A stretch of DNA of 64,000 nucleotides from Oscillospiraceae bacterium. GTDB lineage: Bacteria > Bacillota > Clostridia > Oscillospirales > Oscillospiraceae. The notes under the pieces were generated by a model that was not told the origin of the DNA, did not search any database, and saw only the letters and a program-made list of their open reading frames with translations. The position numbers and the translations under genes were made by a program. Positions 37,695 through 48,456 of this stretch are shown here, in pieces (the first letter of the stretch is position 1; each line of letters starts with the position of its first letter). Location: contig JAFWAZ010000197.1 in NCBI GenBank assembly GCA_017507425.1, positions 1,285 to 65,284 on the forward strand, given 5' to 3'.

Positions 37695-38806
37695 GGTATC
37701 ACATCCCACATGGAACGGTAGTTCAGATAATTGTCGACCTCATATTCGATCGTGATGTTTATGTTATATGTCCAATAGAACCAAAGTACAAATACCGCAA
37801 CAAACACGGCAAGAAATGCAGCGCTGCGTCGATTGAATGGGAATACCGCTCCCATGCCATCCTGCCGCAGGAGAATCCCGTCTCTCGGGAAAAAGACCAT
37901 GGGCAGGTACAGCACGGACATCTGGAAATAATAGTCCGTCAGTCTGGTGAAGATGTTATCAAAACCCGCCAGCAGCTGCAGGATAGACGCGACCGCCATG
38001 ATGTGGAACAGATCATCCACCACCGAATCCCGGAATCCCCGGAACAGCAGACCGAACAGCGCAAAGCCCAGAATCATGATCATCCGGCTTCCAATCTCAC
38101 CGGAGTGAATCATAATCTCGTCATCTTCATAATAGAAGGTGCGGATAAAAGCAACAAATTCGTTTCGGAATACGTAAAGGGCAATACCGGCGATCAGATA
38201 CAGGGCAAGGGTATGGGGCCTGACCCGCATCTGAGCCAGCCAGTAGGCGGGCAGGAACACCAGGGCCGGCATATGGATTGCACCGGCCAGCGCCATCATG
38301 ACCAAATACAGGCGCAGGCGTTTTTCTGCGATTCCTACAAAGGCCAGCATCACGAAGGCCATTGCTAATGCCTGTTTGATAGCATTGAAGCCAAAGATAT
38401 AGAAAGCCATGCAGTTCCAGACCAGATAGCTAAACCAGGGGGCAGGGGAGTAGCGGTGGATCACATAACCAAGCGCGATATGCACAATGGCGGCAATGAC
38501 AAACAGAAATACCTGAAAATCTCCGTCGGAGAGCAGATATATCAGCTTATTGAAATAGAAAAAACCGAAATTCCGACCCTCTGCCCAGAGCTCTGCACTG
38601 AACCAGCCGTATGTACCGCTGTCGCGGAAAATCCAGTAATACTTATGCAAATCGCCTGTAATAAGCTGATAGCGGAAACCGCAAAGACAGGTATGAAGCA
38701 CCGTCATCAGAATGATATACCGGATCCGCTTTGGACCCTTTTGGGGCATGATCGCGCCGAACAGCAGAACGGCTGCTACCATCAAGATATATGGAGTGTG
38801 TCCCAT
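37691..38806 (-). CDS. wzy: EpsG-family polysaccharide polymerase (Wzy)
   Basis: Multi-TM; GFR....GDL..Y, FNAIKQALAM, IH.PAL, RL.DYYF. Confidence 0.85.
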   Translation of the reverse strand: MGHTPYILMVAAVLLFGAIMPQKGPKRIRYIILMTVLHTCLCGFRYQLITGDLHKYYWIFRDSGTYGWFSAELWAEGRNFGFFYFNKLIYLLSDGDFQVFLFVIAAIVHIALGYVIHRYSPAPWFSYLVWNCMAFYIFGFNAIKQALAMAFVMLAFVGIAEKRLRLYLVMMALAGAIHMPALVFLPAYWLAQMRVRPHTLALYLIAGIALYVFRNEFVAFIRTFYYEDDEIMIHSGEIGSRMIMILGFALFGLLFRGFRDSVVDDLFHIMAVASILQLLAGFDNIFTRLTDYYFQMSVLYLPMVFFPRDGILLRQDGMGAVFPFNRRSAAFLAVFVAVFVLWFYWTYNINITIEYEVDNYLNYRSMWDVIP

Positions 38807-38826
38807 TGCAGCCTCCCTGCTTAAAC

Positions 38827-39936
38827 TCATTCCAGCAGCTCCTCAAAGAACTGCTCTGTCTGCTTCACTAACTTGTCTTTGGAGAAATCCCTGCCGCGGA
38901 TGGCGGCCTTTTTTGCGTAATGGGCCCGGAGATCAGGATCTTCCAGCATCTGCTTCATGCCCTGATAGATACCATCCACGCTGTCCTCGGTGATCAGGCC
39001 GAACTCACTGTCACCCAGCAGCTCATCCATGCCGGAGCAGGGGGTGGTGACGACGGGCTTCCCGAGAATCAGGGCTTCCGTTACTACAGTACTGAAGCCC
39101 TCGTAGCGGGACGGCGTTACGATTACATCCGCAGCGCGGATGTAGGGATAGGGGTTTGTCTGGAAGCCCCAGAATGTCACATTGTTCTCCAATCCATACT
39201 CGGAAATCTGCTTTGTCAGATTATTCCGTTCCTGACCGTTGCCCACCAGCCAAAGGCGGAAATCGTATCCCGCATCTTTCAGCATTTTGCAGGCATCAAC
39301 CAAACGGTCGTTACCCTTCTCATAGGAAAGCCGTCCCACGGCGAGAAAAGTAGGCACCCCGGGGTGTTCTACGGAAAATGCTTCCGATTTCGTCAGAATA
39401 TCAGCTTCGTCATTGACATTGTAAACAACGGTGGCATCGGGCTTATAGCCGAATAGGAACTGGTAGCTTCGCTTCACGGTCTCCGATACGCATACCACCT
39501 GATCGTAAACCTGATAGTACGGTTTCATCGTATCAGCCTGCCGGGCCAGTTCTTCTCTTCTCAGCAGATCGCAGTGAACCCAAGCCAGCTTTTTTGCCTT
39601 CTTGTTGGTGGAGCCTGCCAGAAATTTGGTGGGGCCGCATTCGAGATAGGCCACCTCGATGTCGTAGTCATCCTTGATGTACAGCGGGTACAGCCACTTC
39701 AGCTCTGCACACAGCCGTACCCAGCAGTGGAACAGCTTCTTTCCAAGTCCTGTTTTACAGCGATTGATGGCCCTGTATCGGATCCCGGGGGCAAGATACT
39801 GCGCAGGATCTGCCTGTTCCAACGTCTGCACGGTGATGTCAAACTTGCACGGATCCATATTATTTACCAGAGTCCGCAGAACCTTTTCTGCGCCGCCCTC
39901 TGTGATGTTTTCAATCAGAAAAAGGATCTTGATCAT
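38827..39936 (-). CDS. GT4 glycosyltransferase
   Basis: GGAEKVL, AWVHCD, VGRLSYEKG, NPYPY...SRYEGFSTVVTEAL. Confidence 0.92.
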   Translation of the reverse strand: MIKILFLIENITEGGAEKVLRTLVNNMDPCKFDITVQTLEQADPAQYLAPGIRYRAINRCKTGLGKKLFHCWVRLCAELKWLYPLYIKDDYDIEVAYLECGPTKFLAGSTNKKAKKLAWVHCDLLRREELARQADTMKPYYQVYDQVVCVSETVKRSYQFLFGYKPDATVVYNVNDEADILTKSEAFSVEHPGVPTFLAVGRLSYEKGNDRLVDACKMLKDAGYDFRLWLVGNGQERNNLTKQISEYGLENNVTFWGFQTNPYPYIRAADVIVTPSRYEGFSTVVTEALILGKPVVTTPCSGMDELLGDSEFGLITEDSVDGIYQGMKQMLEDPDLRAHYAKKAAIRGRDFSKDKLVKQTEQFFEELLE

Positions 39937-41075
39937 ACTTTCTTCTCCAAGGATTCTTCGTACAGTTCACACAGGGTTTCGGCGAACATTTTGGAATCGA
40001 AGCGTTTGTCATTTACAACGCGGACGACCTGCTCTTTGTCTGCCCGTCCCTGCGCAACGGCAGCTTCAATGGCATCTGCCCAGCGGACAGCGTTTCCGTC
40101 CAAAGGAAGCCACTGCAGGTTTCCAATCTCAAAGTCTACCTCATGAGAGAAAGTGTCCGCTGCCACACAGGGCAAACCGGAGGCTTGGGCTTCGATCAGC
40201 ACCAGAGGCATTCCCTCGTAATGGGAGGGCAGCACAAATGCACTGGCCTTGCGCATCAGGACATCAATGTCGCTGCGAACACCAAGCATTTTGATATAGT
40301 CAGACAGGCCGTTTTCGGAAATTGACTTCATGACCTTTGCGGTGTAGTCGGAATCGCCGCTGCCGGCACAGAGAATGCGGATTTTCTTGCCCCGGCTTTT
40401 CATTTCTGCGGCAACTTCTGTCAAGAACAGCTGGTTTTTAACAGTGGTCACGCGGCCAACCTGTAATACGTTGATCCAGCCGTCACAGAATTCTCCGGAT
40501 TCCAGATCATCGTAATGATCCAGAAATTTTGCGGTATCGACAGAGTTGAATACCAGATGGTAGCTATCTTTTGTCACGGATTTTTCGCCATACAAAAATT
40601 GACCGGCCAGCGTGGAGCATGCCAGCTGATGATTGGAGCAAGCCATAATCAGCCATCGCATGACGGTATTGTAAATGCTGCGAATCAGGCTGCGCTTTCT
40701 GCCGGAGCCGTCGCCGTCCTGCCAGTTGTGGGCGTGAACAAAACGTCCGGGAACACCGGCAAGTTTCGCGATCAGCAGAACGATACCGCTGTGGAACAGC
40801 TCGTGAGAATGGACGATGTCATACTTGCCATCCTTCATGATCCGGTACAGCGCCTTACAGTAGGGCAGGGGGTTCTTGTGGGACATTTCCGGAATCAGGA
40901 GAAACTTTCCACCCAATGCTTCAATTTCGCTGCGATAGAAGGCCTCCGGCATGGTGGAGGTGAAATCGATCTGGAATCGTTCTTTGTCTGCATTTCGCAG
41001 CAGATGCATCAGCTGATTCTCGATACCGCCCATGTTCATGGTGCCGGTAAGAATTAGCACTTTTGTTTCATTCAT
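39933..41075 (-). CDS. GT4 glycosyltransferase (EpsF-like)
   Basis: MNMGGIE, HAHN, LACS..AG, VGR...KNQ, PSHYEGMPLVLIEAQASGLPC. Confidence 0.9.
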   Translation of the reverse strand: MNETKVLILTGTMNMGGIENQLMHLLRNADKERFQIDFTSTMPEAFYRSEIEALGGKFLLIPEMSHKNPLPYCKALYRIMKDGKYDIVHSHELFHSGIVLLIAKLAGVPGRFVHAHNWQDGDGSGRKRSLIRSIYNTVMRWLIMACSNHQLACSTLAGQFLYGEKSVTKDSYHLVFNSVDTAKFLDHYDDLESGEFCDGWINVLQVGRVTTVKNQLFLTEVAAEMKSRGKKIRILCAGSGDSDYTAKVMKSISENGLSDYIKMLGVRSDIDVLMRKASAFVLPSHYEGMPLVLIEAQASGLPCVAADTFSHEVDFEIGNLQWLPLDGNAVRWADAIEAAVAQGRADKEQVVRVVNDKRFDSKMFAETLCELYEESLEKKV

Positions 41076-41183
41076 TTTTCTTATTGAGCCTCATTTATGT
41101 TTATTACTGCATCTAACGGAGGAATATTCCACAGTTTTGAACAGACAAGTGTATTATTCTAATCGGACACAGCCCAGATATTA

Positions 41184-42248
41184 TCATTCTACCAAATAGT
41201 CTTTCAGCACAAGCTTATAACGAAGTTTCTGATTGACAATATTGCCGAACTTTGTACGAATAAACCACTGTGCTGTGGTATAGGGAATGCCTTTCAAACG
41301 ATAGTACAGCCATACCTTTTGCGGTGTTTTCATAAACTCTGCATACAACTGCGCCGTCTTTTTGTTGAGCCAAAAAGTGCCATAATGCACTATTGCCTTC
41401 TGAAAAGGCTCACAGGACTGTATCTTTTCGTAAATGGTCTCAATCGGCGTGTTGTACATACAACTGAATCGAATATAGTCCACCATGTAGGAGAATATAT
41501 TGCCTTCGCAGTCGCTGATGTCCTTTTCCCGCGGACTGTTTTTTCTGCACCATTCCCAAGCCTCGATTTCTTCCAGAATATGATCGGCATTTTTCAGTGT
41601 GTGCATCGCAGAAGAATAATTCATACGGTACACAAACCAAGGCTTCTTGTGCTGCATGATATTTTTAGAGTTTCGGGCAATCAAAAACAGAAAGCATACA
41701 TCTTCATGGTAACGTATGCCCTCCGGAAAACGGATTTCATCCGTAAATAAGTGCCTGCCATAAATGAAGGAACAAAAGTGTTTATACGTCTGCTTTATAT
41801 AGTCAGATTGTTCCCGAAGATACAGTTCTTGCGCATTGGCAGATATCATGCAGCCATAATCCAAATCCGCCATGCCTTTCATATGGGAAAAACTAAGAAT
41901 ATCATACTGACCGGAAGTTAATTCATTGTGTATGTCTTTATCATAAGCATTCCTGCAAAGTACGTCATCTGCATCCAGAAAACAAATATATTGGCCCACG
42001 GCGTGATCCAGACCGGTGTTTCTGGCCACGGATACACCTCCATTGGGAATATGATAAGCATGAATATTCACATGCTCCGCTGCGAACTCGTCCGCAATCG
42101 CACCACTGGAGTCTTTGGAACCATCATCCACAATGATAATTTCCAGATCCTGACAGGGCTGCTTCAGAATCGAATTCACTGCATCTGCCAGATATTTCTC
42201 GCCATTGTAGCATGGAATAATGATGCTGAGCGTTGGTTTCATGATCAT
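41184..42248 (-). CDS. GT2 glycosyltransferase
   Basis: LSIIIPCYN, VDDGSKD, NGGVSVARNTGL, FLDADD. Confidence 0.92.
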   Translation of the reverse strand: MIMKPTLSIIIPCYNGEKYLADAVNSILKQPCQDLEIIIVDDGSKDSSGAIADEFAAEHVNIHAYHIPNGGVSVARNTGLDHAVGQYICFLDADDVLCRNAYDKDIHNELTSGQYDILSFSHMKGMADLDYGCMISANAQELYLREQSDYIKQTYKHFCSFIYGRHLFTDEIRFPEGIRYHEDVCFLFLIARNSKNIMQHKKPWFVYRMNYSSAMHTLKNADHILEEIEAWEWCRKNSPREKDISDCEGNIFSYMVDYIRFSCMYNTPIETIYEKIQSCEPFQKAIVHYGTFWLNKKTAQLYAEFMKTPQKVWLYYRLKGIPYTTAQWFIRTKFGNIVNQKLRYKLVLKDYLVE

Positions 42249-43144
42249 TTCTCCTTACTGTATAGATACTTATTCTTCCAGAGACGATGCATTGTACAGC
42301 CTGGCATCATACAAAGAGCCGCGATCGACTTGTTCTCCGTTCCGGCTAGAATCTGCCCCGGCGTCAGGTCTGCAAAAAAGCCATAGCAGCAATAGAGCAG
42401 GCCATATTTGAGCCGCTGAGTGAGGTAGTTGTTCTTTCCCATTCTCAAGTCACTGATGAACATACCGCCTCTGGGATTGCGAATCCGCATGGCCCGTCCG
42501 GAATCGGTGAGTCCGCCCTCCAGATATTCACAGATGTAGATTACTTCGTTGATATAGACACACTTATGAGTCTTTGCTACCCGATTCCAGAGGGCGCATT
42601 CTGCCACAAACCGCTCACCGGGAAACACTGGGAACGGATATTGCAGGAACAGCTCTGCCCGAATCACCTCGCAGCAGTCGGTGCTGTGGATGGCGTTCCG
42701 CCGATAGCGCAGGATATCCACGGGCGTTCCGGCGACAGGTCCGGTACAATTGGGATCGTCCACTGCCGCGCCCTTCAAAAACGTCACTATGGCAACCTGA
42801 CCTTCGTCTGCCCAGACTTCCCACCCCCGGCGGGTCTGCTCCACGGCAGTATCTGTCAGGTAATCATCACTGTCCAGAATCAGCACATACTTACCCCGGA
42901 TATAGGGATGGGCAGCGTTCAGCGCGGTATGTTTGCCGCCGTTCTCCTTCGGTACATAAATGATCTCGAAATCGTCCGTGTCAAATGTTGCCACAACATT
43001 CCGGGTGTCGTCCTTGCTGCCGTCATCCACGATGATCCACTGAAAATCCTTGTCCGTTTGACGACACAGGGATTCGTAACAGTTATTCAGCAAATGCCCA
43101 CGGTTATAAGTGGGTGTAATAATAGATAAGAAAGGATTATCCAT
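42245..43144 (-). CDS. GT2 glycosyltransferase
   Basis: ITPTYNR, VDDGSKD, ENGGKHTALN, LDSDD. Confidence 0.92.
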   Translation of the reverse strand: MDNPFLSIITPTYNRGHLLNNCYESLCRQTDKDFQWIIVDDGSKDDTRNVVATFDTDDFEIIYVPKENGGKHTALNAAHPYIRGKYVLILDSDDYLTDTAVEQTRRGWEVWADEGQVAIVTFLKGAAVDDPNCTGPVAGTPVDILRYRRNAIHSTDCCEVIRAELFLQYPFPVFPGERFVAECALWNRVAKTHKCVYINEVIYICEYLEGGLTDSGRAMRIRNPRGGMFISDLRMGKNNYLTQRLKYGLLYCCYGFFADLTPGQILAGTENKSIAALCMMPGCTMHRLWKNKYLYSKEK

Positions 43145-43150
43145 TTGGAA

Positions 43151-44236
43151 TCACCAATTTTTCTGATAAAAGTTTTGTAAATAGTCAGAGGTCACACGAA
43201 TATCATAGCCCTTTGCGGCAACAGCTTCCTGCTTGCTGGTACGTTCCATTGCGGCACCGGCGATGATGCGATCAGCCCACAGAGTAACCGGCGCATCCAG
43301 CGCAATAAACTCCACATTATCTGCCACCTGACTTTCCGCCGGGATTGTATCACTAAAAATGCAGTATGCGCCGGTAGTTTGTGCTTCAATGGTGGACAGA
43401 GATAGACCCTCATACAGTGACGGCATGACAAAGACATCGACAGCCTGCAAAATGCGGTTTACGTCTTCCCGAAGGCCCAGAAAACGGACACAGTCATCCA
43501 GACCAAGCTGCTGCACTTTTTTGCGAATCTGCGGTTCCAGCGGCCCTTGGCCTACCAGAAGCAAAACAGAAGCAGGTTCCTTTTTATGAAGCGCGTCAAA
43601 AATATCGGTGAGAAGTTCGTGGTTTTTCACGGGAGCGAATCTGCCCACATGACCTAAGACCAGTTCGTCTCGAAGCATCAGTTCACTGCGTACCTCTGCA
43701 CACACCTGTGGATCGAAAGCAAATCGCTGCGTCTCGATTCCGTTATTTATGACCGTAACTCTCTGTGAGGGGAACATCCATGCCCCGGCTTTCTTGCTAC
43801 AGGCAAAGAAATGGGTGGCAACAGTCGGAATCTTTCGCATGCACAGCCTCTTCAGGGGATATTTCCAATCCTTATCTTGATTGATAGTGTGACTATGGGC
43901 AATCCGTACCGGGACACCGTACTTCTTTGCAGCAGCCAGAGGAATCCCACTCATGCAGTCCAGGTGGCAATGGACGATTCTATACTCCGGATGGTCTTTG
44001 AAAAAGGCCAGTAGAGACATATGGTACTGCGGACTGAAGGGGTTCAGCCGGGGCAGTCGGTGGATGATACCGCCCAATTCCTCGATTTCATCATCATAAT
44101 CAGCTCGAAATTTGCGATGAACCAGAAAGTCAAACTGAAGTTTTTCGCGGTCGATGTTCCGGTAGACATTCATGAGGAATGTTTCCAGACCGCCGCGGCC
44201 CATATAGGTTACAATGTGTAAAATGCGAATAGGCAT
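43151..44236 (-). CDS. GT4 glycosyltransferase (EpsF-like)
   Basis: MGRGGLET, RIAHSH, GHVGRF..VKNH, PSLYEGL....IEAQ. Confidence 0.92.
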   Translation of the reverse strand: MPIRILHIVTYMGRGGLETFLMNVYRNIDREKLQFDFLVHRKFRADYDDEIEELGGIIHRLPRLNPFSPQYHMSLLAFFKDHPEYRIVHCHLDCMSGIPLAAAKKYGVPVRIAHSHTINQDKDWKYPLKRLCMRKIPTVATHFFACSKKAGAWMFPSQRVTVINNGIETQRFAFDPQVCAEVRSELMLRDELVLGHVGRFAPVKNHELLTDIFDALHKKEPASVLLLVGQGPLEPQIRKKVQQLGLDDCVRFLGLREDVNRILQAVDVFVMPSLYEGLSLSTIEAQTTGAYCIFSDTIPAESQVADNVEFIALDAPVTLWADRIIAGAAMERTSKQEAVAAKGYDIRVTSDYLQNFYQKNW

Positions 44237-44255
44237 AGCTGCTGTTTTCCTTTAC

Positions 44256-45374
44256 TCAAACTATCTGGATCAGCTGAAGTATTTCCCGCTTTACGTTTTC
44301 TACGCAGTAGGGGATCACAGCTTTCCGATTGCGCTGTCTGGAGCGCTTGCGTTGTTCCTCGTTGTCCTTCAGCAAGCGGATTCCGTCAGCAAAGCCCGCA
44401 ACATCATCTGCGTTCCGCAGAAAACCGGATTCCCCGTCAATTAGGTAGTCCTCTGCACCGCGGACTTTTGACATGACCAGTGGCAGGCCGCAGTACATAG
44501 CTTCCAAGGAAGCTACGCTGATGCCCTCCCGGCGGGATGCGTGGGCGAATACATCGCTCTGATGGCAGATATCCACCACATCCTTGCGATAGCCCAGAAA
44601 ATGGACATTTTGGGCAATGCCCAGCTCCTTTGCCAAAGCTTCGAGGAATTCCCGCTTGTCGCCCTTTCCGCAGAGCAGGTAGTGAATGTCGGGGTCATTC
44701 AGCTGTGCGATAGCCCGGAGGATGACCTGCTGATTCTTGTTCTCGTTCAGCTCGCCGACAGACAGCACCAGAAAATCTTCCTTTTTCAACCCCAGCTCAG
44801 AACGGATGTCGCTCTGCTCGTTGCGGTTGTGGAGCCGATCGGTATTTACACCGATGCCGTGGATGTACTCCACGTGGGGGCAATGAAAGGTTCTGGCCCG
44901 TGCTTCGTCCTCGTGATTGATGGTTACGATCATGTCGCAGAAACGGGACATGAACCGTTCGATGGGGTAGAAAATCAGCCAGTTGGGCAGGCTTGCACCC
45001 TTATAGAAGTGAAAGCCGTGACACATGTAAAGCACCTTTGTGCCCTTGCGGCGGTACTTATTCGCTGCAAGGCGGGTGACAACACCCATCACCGGCTCAT
45101 TTGTCCAGATGATGTCGTAGCGGTTTTCGCTCAAGAGCTTTTTCAGATCCTGATATCCATGAAAGTTCCGGGGGGACAGGGGGCTGCGCTCCAGACGCAG
45201 GATGTGGATCTTCTTTACAACACCCTCCAGCGTATTGCGGACGTCGTCCATCCGGCCGCCGACTTCGGAGCAGGCAATCTCCACGTGGTATCCCTGTTCT
45301 GACAGGTATTTCACATGAGGAACCAGAAACTGAATCATCATCAGTTCCGTAGAGGTAATCAAAAGCTTTTTCAT
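44256..45374 (-). CDS. GT4 glycosyltransferase (EpsD-like)
   Basis: HGFHFYKGA, TINHED, GIGV, VGELNENKNQ, SRREG...ASLEAM..GLP. Confidence 0.92.
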   Translation of the reverse strand: MKKLLITSTELMMIQFLVPHVKYLSEQGYHVEIACSEVGGRMDDVRNTLEGVVKKIHILRLERSPLSPRNFHGYQDLKKLLSENRYDIIWTNEPVMGVVTRLAANKYRRKGTKVLYMCHGFHFYKGASLPNWLIFYPIERFMSRFCDMIVTINHEDEARARTFHCPHVEYIHGIGVNTDRLHNRNEQSDIRSELGLKKEDFLVLSVGELNENKNQQVILRAIAQLNDPDIHYLLCGKGDKREFLEALAKELGIAQNVHFLGYRKDVVDICHQSDVFAHASRREGISVASLEAMYCGLPLVMSKVRGAEDYLIDGESGFLRNADDVAGFADGIRLLKDNEEQRKRSRQRNRKAVIPYCVENVKREILQLIQIV

Positions 45375-45385
45375 ATCAGAATCCT

Positions 45386-46366
45386 TCACATACCGATTAC
45401 GAGCTTTACCCACTTCATGGGGATATGCTTTTCCAAGATAGAAACAATTTTCACGCAGACCAGCGGCACACAGACACCGGCGGTAAACATCATGACCATG
45501 GTCAGCAGAGCAGGCAGATGCAAAATCCGATTACAGACTACTTCCACCACAGCCTGAGCGGGCCACGACAGCAGGTATACCGTGAAGCTGTTCTGCTCGA
45601 TGGCAGATAACAGACGGAAGCTGTCTGTCTTCAGCCTAGTGCCGATGTGCAGCACAAAACCAATCATCAGGCATGCAATCAAACTGTCCGACAGTACACC
45701 ATCGGCCATTCGGAACAGTACAAAAGCACCCGGAAAAGCAAGCAGCCAGAGACGGCTGGTCAGCGCAGAAGCGGAGGAACTCCAGTTGGATGCCGTCATA
45801 CCAAGAATGAAATAGAATGCGTTTTTCCGCAGATCTTCCAGAGCAAACCAATCGGTAGTCTGGGGAACGAAGAGCAGAAGGTAGGCTGCGGCAAGGATGA
45901 ACCCACAGGCTTCGTGGTGCTTTTTTAAAAGCTTCTGCAGCAACACGCCGACGCAGCCCAGAATGAAAATCACCGGAATATACCAAAAATGGCCCCATAC
46001 ATTGGCTCTGGGCACCAGCTCGGTTTCAATCAGGTGCCACAGCGAGAATTCAACACTGTCATTCAAAAACTGCTGAATCAAAATCTTGGGCAGGAATGCT
46101 GCAATGGACAGCACGAAATAGGGAATCAGCAGCCGAATTCCACGGCGGCGGATATATACTCCAGCAGAGCGTGTATTACCCATCAGCAACCAACCGCTGA
46201 TGAAAATGAACAAAGGCATATGGAACTTATAAATAAAGTCATTTGTTTTCCATAGCATCGGCGGAATGTATACATCGAACGGAAAGCTGTGTCCGAACAC
46301 CACCAGCAGAATGCCTATACAGCGAGCCGCGGCGATGAATCCAATTTTACTTTTCGGAGTTGCCAT
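45386..46366 (-). CDS. Acyltransferase-3 family protein
   Basis: GILLVVFGH, IY.FHMPLFIFISG, RLLIPY, HFWYIP. Confidence 0.88.
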   Translation of the reverse strand: MATPKSKIGFIAAARCIGILLVVFGHSFPFDVYIPPMLWKTNDFIYKFHMPLFIFISGWLLMGNTRSAGVYIRRRGIRLLIPYFVLSIAAFLPKILIQQFLNDSVEFSLWHLIETELVPRANVWGHFWYIPVIFILGCVGVLLQKLLKKHHEACGFILAAAYLLLFVPQTTDWFALEDLRKNAFYFILGMTASNWSSSASALTSRLWLLAFPGAFVLFRMADGVLSDSLIACLMIGFVLHIGTRLKTDSFRLLSAIEQNSFTVYLLSWPAQAVVEVVCNRILHLPALLTMVMMFTAGVCVPLVCVKIVSILEKHIPMKWVKLVIGM

Positions 46367-46409
46367 GCTTTTTTACACCCCTGCTGCTTTGCACATATTT
46401 TGACACTTT

Positions 46410-46438
46410 ATTATACCATCTTACTAATCGTTATTCAA
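46410..46438 (-). promoter_or_regulatory. Extended -10 sigmaA promoter heading the main polysaccharide operon
   Basis: Minus strand TTGAAT-17 bp-TATAAT with TGn. Confidence 0.65.
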
Positions 46439-46563
46439 CCGCTGTTTGCGAAAAAAGTCGACAGAAAAACGAACCGTAATCCTTTGTTTTCCTACGGAAC
46501 GCACACAACCCCGGGATTCGGAGAGGTTCCAGAAGCCCGGGGCGGGATATATGGAAGTTGTAA

Positions 46564-47499
46564 TCAGCGGGAGATGCGGTCGAGAAGATCCAGCTCCTCG
46601 GGGGAAAGATGCCAGCCCAGACTCTCCGCGTTGCCCAGCAGCTGGGCAGGACGCTTGACGCCGCAGATGACCACACTGTCTTTCAGGTGATCCAGAATAA
46701 AGCGGATGGCAACGGCGCTGACGCTCTTGCCGTGCTCTGCAGCGATGGGCCGCATGCGCTCCACGATCTCCAAGTTTTTCAGCAGCTTCTCGCCGTGGAA
46801 ATTCACATAGATCTCCCGGGAGCGGCGGTCGTCGCTGCCGAATGCTGCGGTGCGGTCATATTTGCCGGTGAGGATGCCCTGACCGAGGCTTCCCCAGGTC
46901 AGAGGCGTCAGATCCAGCTCTCGGGAAAACTGCAGCATATCCGCCTCGTGATCCCGGCGGGCCAGAGAGTATTCGTTCTGCAGGGATACAAACTTGCATT
47001 TGTACCGGGACAGTTCGGCAAAATCAGCCTGTGTCAGATTGCTCAGGCCGAAATAGCGGATCTTGCCCTCCTGACGCAGCTGCTCCAGAACCTCCAGAAC
47101 GGTGCCGATGCTTGTGCGGCCGTCCCGGTAGTGCATCTGATAAAGATCAATATAGTCTGCGCCCAGACGCTGCAGGCTGCTCTCGCAGGCCTCACGGATC
47201 CACTGGGGGGAGTTGTCGTATACGGTGCCCTGTTTTGTAACACGGACGCCGAACTTGGTGGCGATGACCGCTTCGCTGCGGCGGGAGCCCAATGCCTTGC
47301 CCAGCGTCCGCTCGGACTGGCCCAGACCGTAGGTATCGGCATTGTCAAAGAAGTTGATACCCTGATCCAGCGCAGCATGAACCGCGTCGATCAGCTCGTT
47401 CTCCTGTACGACGCCCCAGCCGTGGCCGCCCATGGGGCAGCCGCCCACGCAGAGCCGGGAGACACGAAGATCTGAATTTTTAAGCGTAATGTATTCCAT
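46564..47499 (-). CDS. Aldo/keto reductase
   Basis: VSRLC.G, FDNADTYG.G.SE, IATKFG, SLQRLG.DYIDLYQMH, GLSN, QNEYSL. Confidence 0.92.
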   Translation of the reverse strand: MEYITLKNSDLRVSRLCVGGCPMGGHGWGVVQENELIDAVHAALDQGINFFDNADTYGLGQSERTLGKALGSRRSEAVIATKFGVRVTKQGTVYDNSPQWIREACESSLQRLGADYIDLYQMHYRDGRTSIGTVLEVLEQLRQEGKIRYFGLSNLTQADFAELSRYKCKFVSLQNEYSLARRDHEADMLQFSRELDLTPLTWGSLGQGILTGKYDRTAAFGSDDRRSREIYVNFHGEKLLKNLEIVERMRPIAAEHGKSVSAVAIRFILDHLKDSVVICGVKRPAQLLGNAESLGWHLSPEELDLLDRISR

Positions 47500-47501
47500 G
47501 A

Positions 47502-48182
47502 TTATCGATGCTCTTTCTTTACAATAAATCCAAAGGCTTTTTTCAGCACGGCAGCCACTGTCTTGAACAGGATATATACGTCGGTGCGGAAGGACACCGT
47601 CCGGGCGTACTTTACCCGCAGGGCGTTTTTCTTCTTCAGGACGTGCTTTTCGTACATCTCGTCTGCATTTTCGGTGCCGACGATCTCGTCGAGATTGATG
47701 AATTCCACGCTGCTGTAATCCGTAATGCCGGGGCGAACCTGAAGGATCTCCAGCTCCTCGCCCTGATACTGGCGGACATAACGCAGCAGCTCCGGCCGGG
47801 GGCCGATCAGGCTCATCTTGCCCAGAAACACCTGACCCAGCTGGGGGATCTCGTCGAGCTTGGTCTTGCGCAGGAAGTTGCCGACCTTGGTGATCCGCGG
47901 ATCCCGGAGGGAGGTGGTGCCGCCGCCGATTTTGTCGGCGTTTTTGACCATGCTCCGGAATTTGCAGATCCGGAAAGTTTTTCCCCGGTATCCGCCCCGC
48001 TCCGCCCGGTAGAACACGGGAAGTCCGTCCTCTGCAGCGATCAGGAGCCCGATCACCAGATAGGCCGGCCACAGAACGCTCAGCGCTGCACCGGAGATCA
48101 GAATGTCCAGTAACCGCTTGATATATCGGTTGTAAATGCTGTCATATGCTTTCTTTTGACTGGTCTGTGCGGTTTGTCTCAT
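47502..48182 (-). CDS. Priming sugar-phosphate transferase (Bac_transf family)
   Basis: KRLLDI, KFRSM, DPRIT.VG.FLRKTKLDEIPQL, GKMSLIGPRPE, VRPGIT. Confidence 0.93.
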   Translation of the reverse strand: MRQTAQTSQKKAYDSIYNRYIKRLLDILISGAALSVLWPAYLVIGLLIAAEDGLPVFYRAERGGYRGKTFRICKFRSMVKNADKIGGGTTSLRDPRITKVGNFLRKTKLDEIPQLGQVFLGKMSLIGPRPELLRYVRQYQGEELEILQVRPGITDYSSVEFINLDEIVGTENADEMYEKHVLKKKNALRVKYARTVSFRTDVYILFKTVAAVLKKAFGFIVKKEHR

Positions 48183-48456
48183 CGTCTTCGCTCCAAACAG
48201 GGGATGGCTGTAAGCTGCCGATAATCCCCAGATATTCTCAGCACTCTTTTCAGTATAGCACTTCCATTCGGCAATTTCAACCGATTTCCGACACAAAAAC
48301 AATTTTGAAACATGTACAAGAGAATGCAACATTCTCCGACTTAATTCCCAATTTTTAGACATTTATACAGTTGCAATCTTGGATTCCGTGAGATATAATG
48401 TGACTTTAGAATAGGAATAATCTGCTTGCCGCAGCAGAAAGAGAGTTGACAAGAAC

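Noticed and set aside
46564-48072. 502-aa extended aldo/keto reductase
   Set aside because: The extension overlaps the sugar transferase in another frame; the ATG at 47499 gives a normal-length enzyme.
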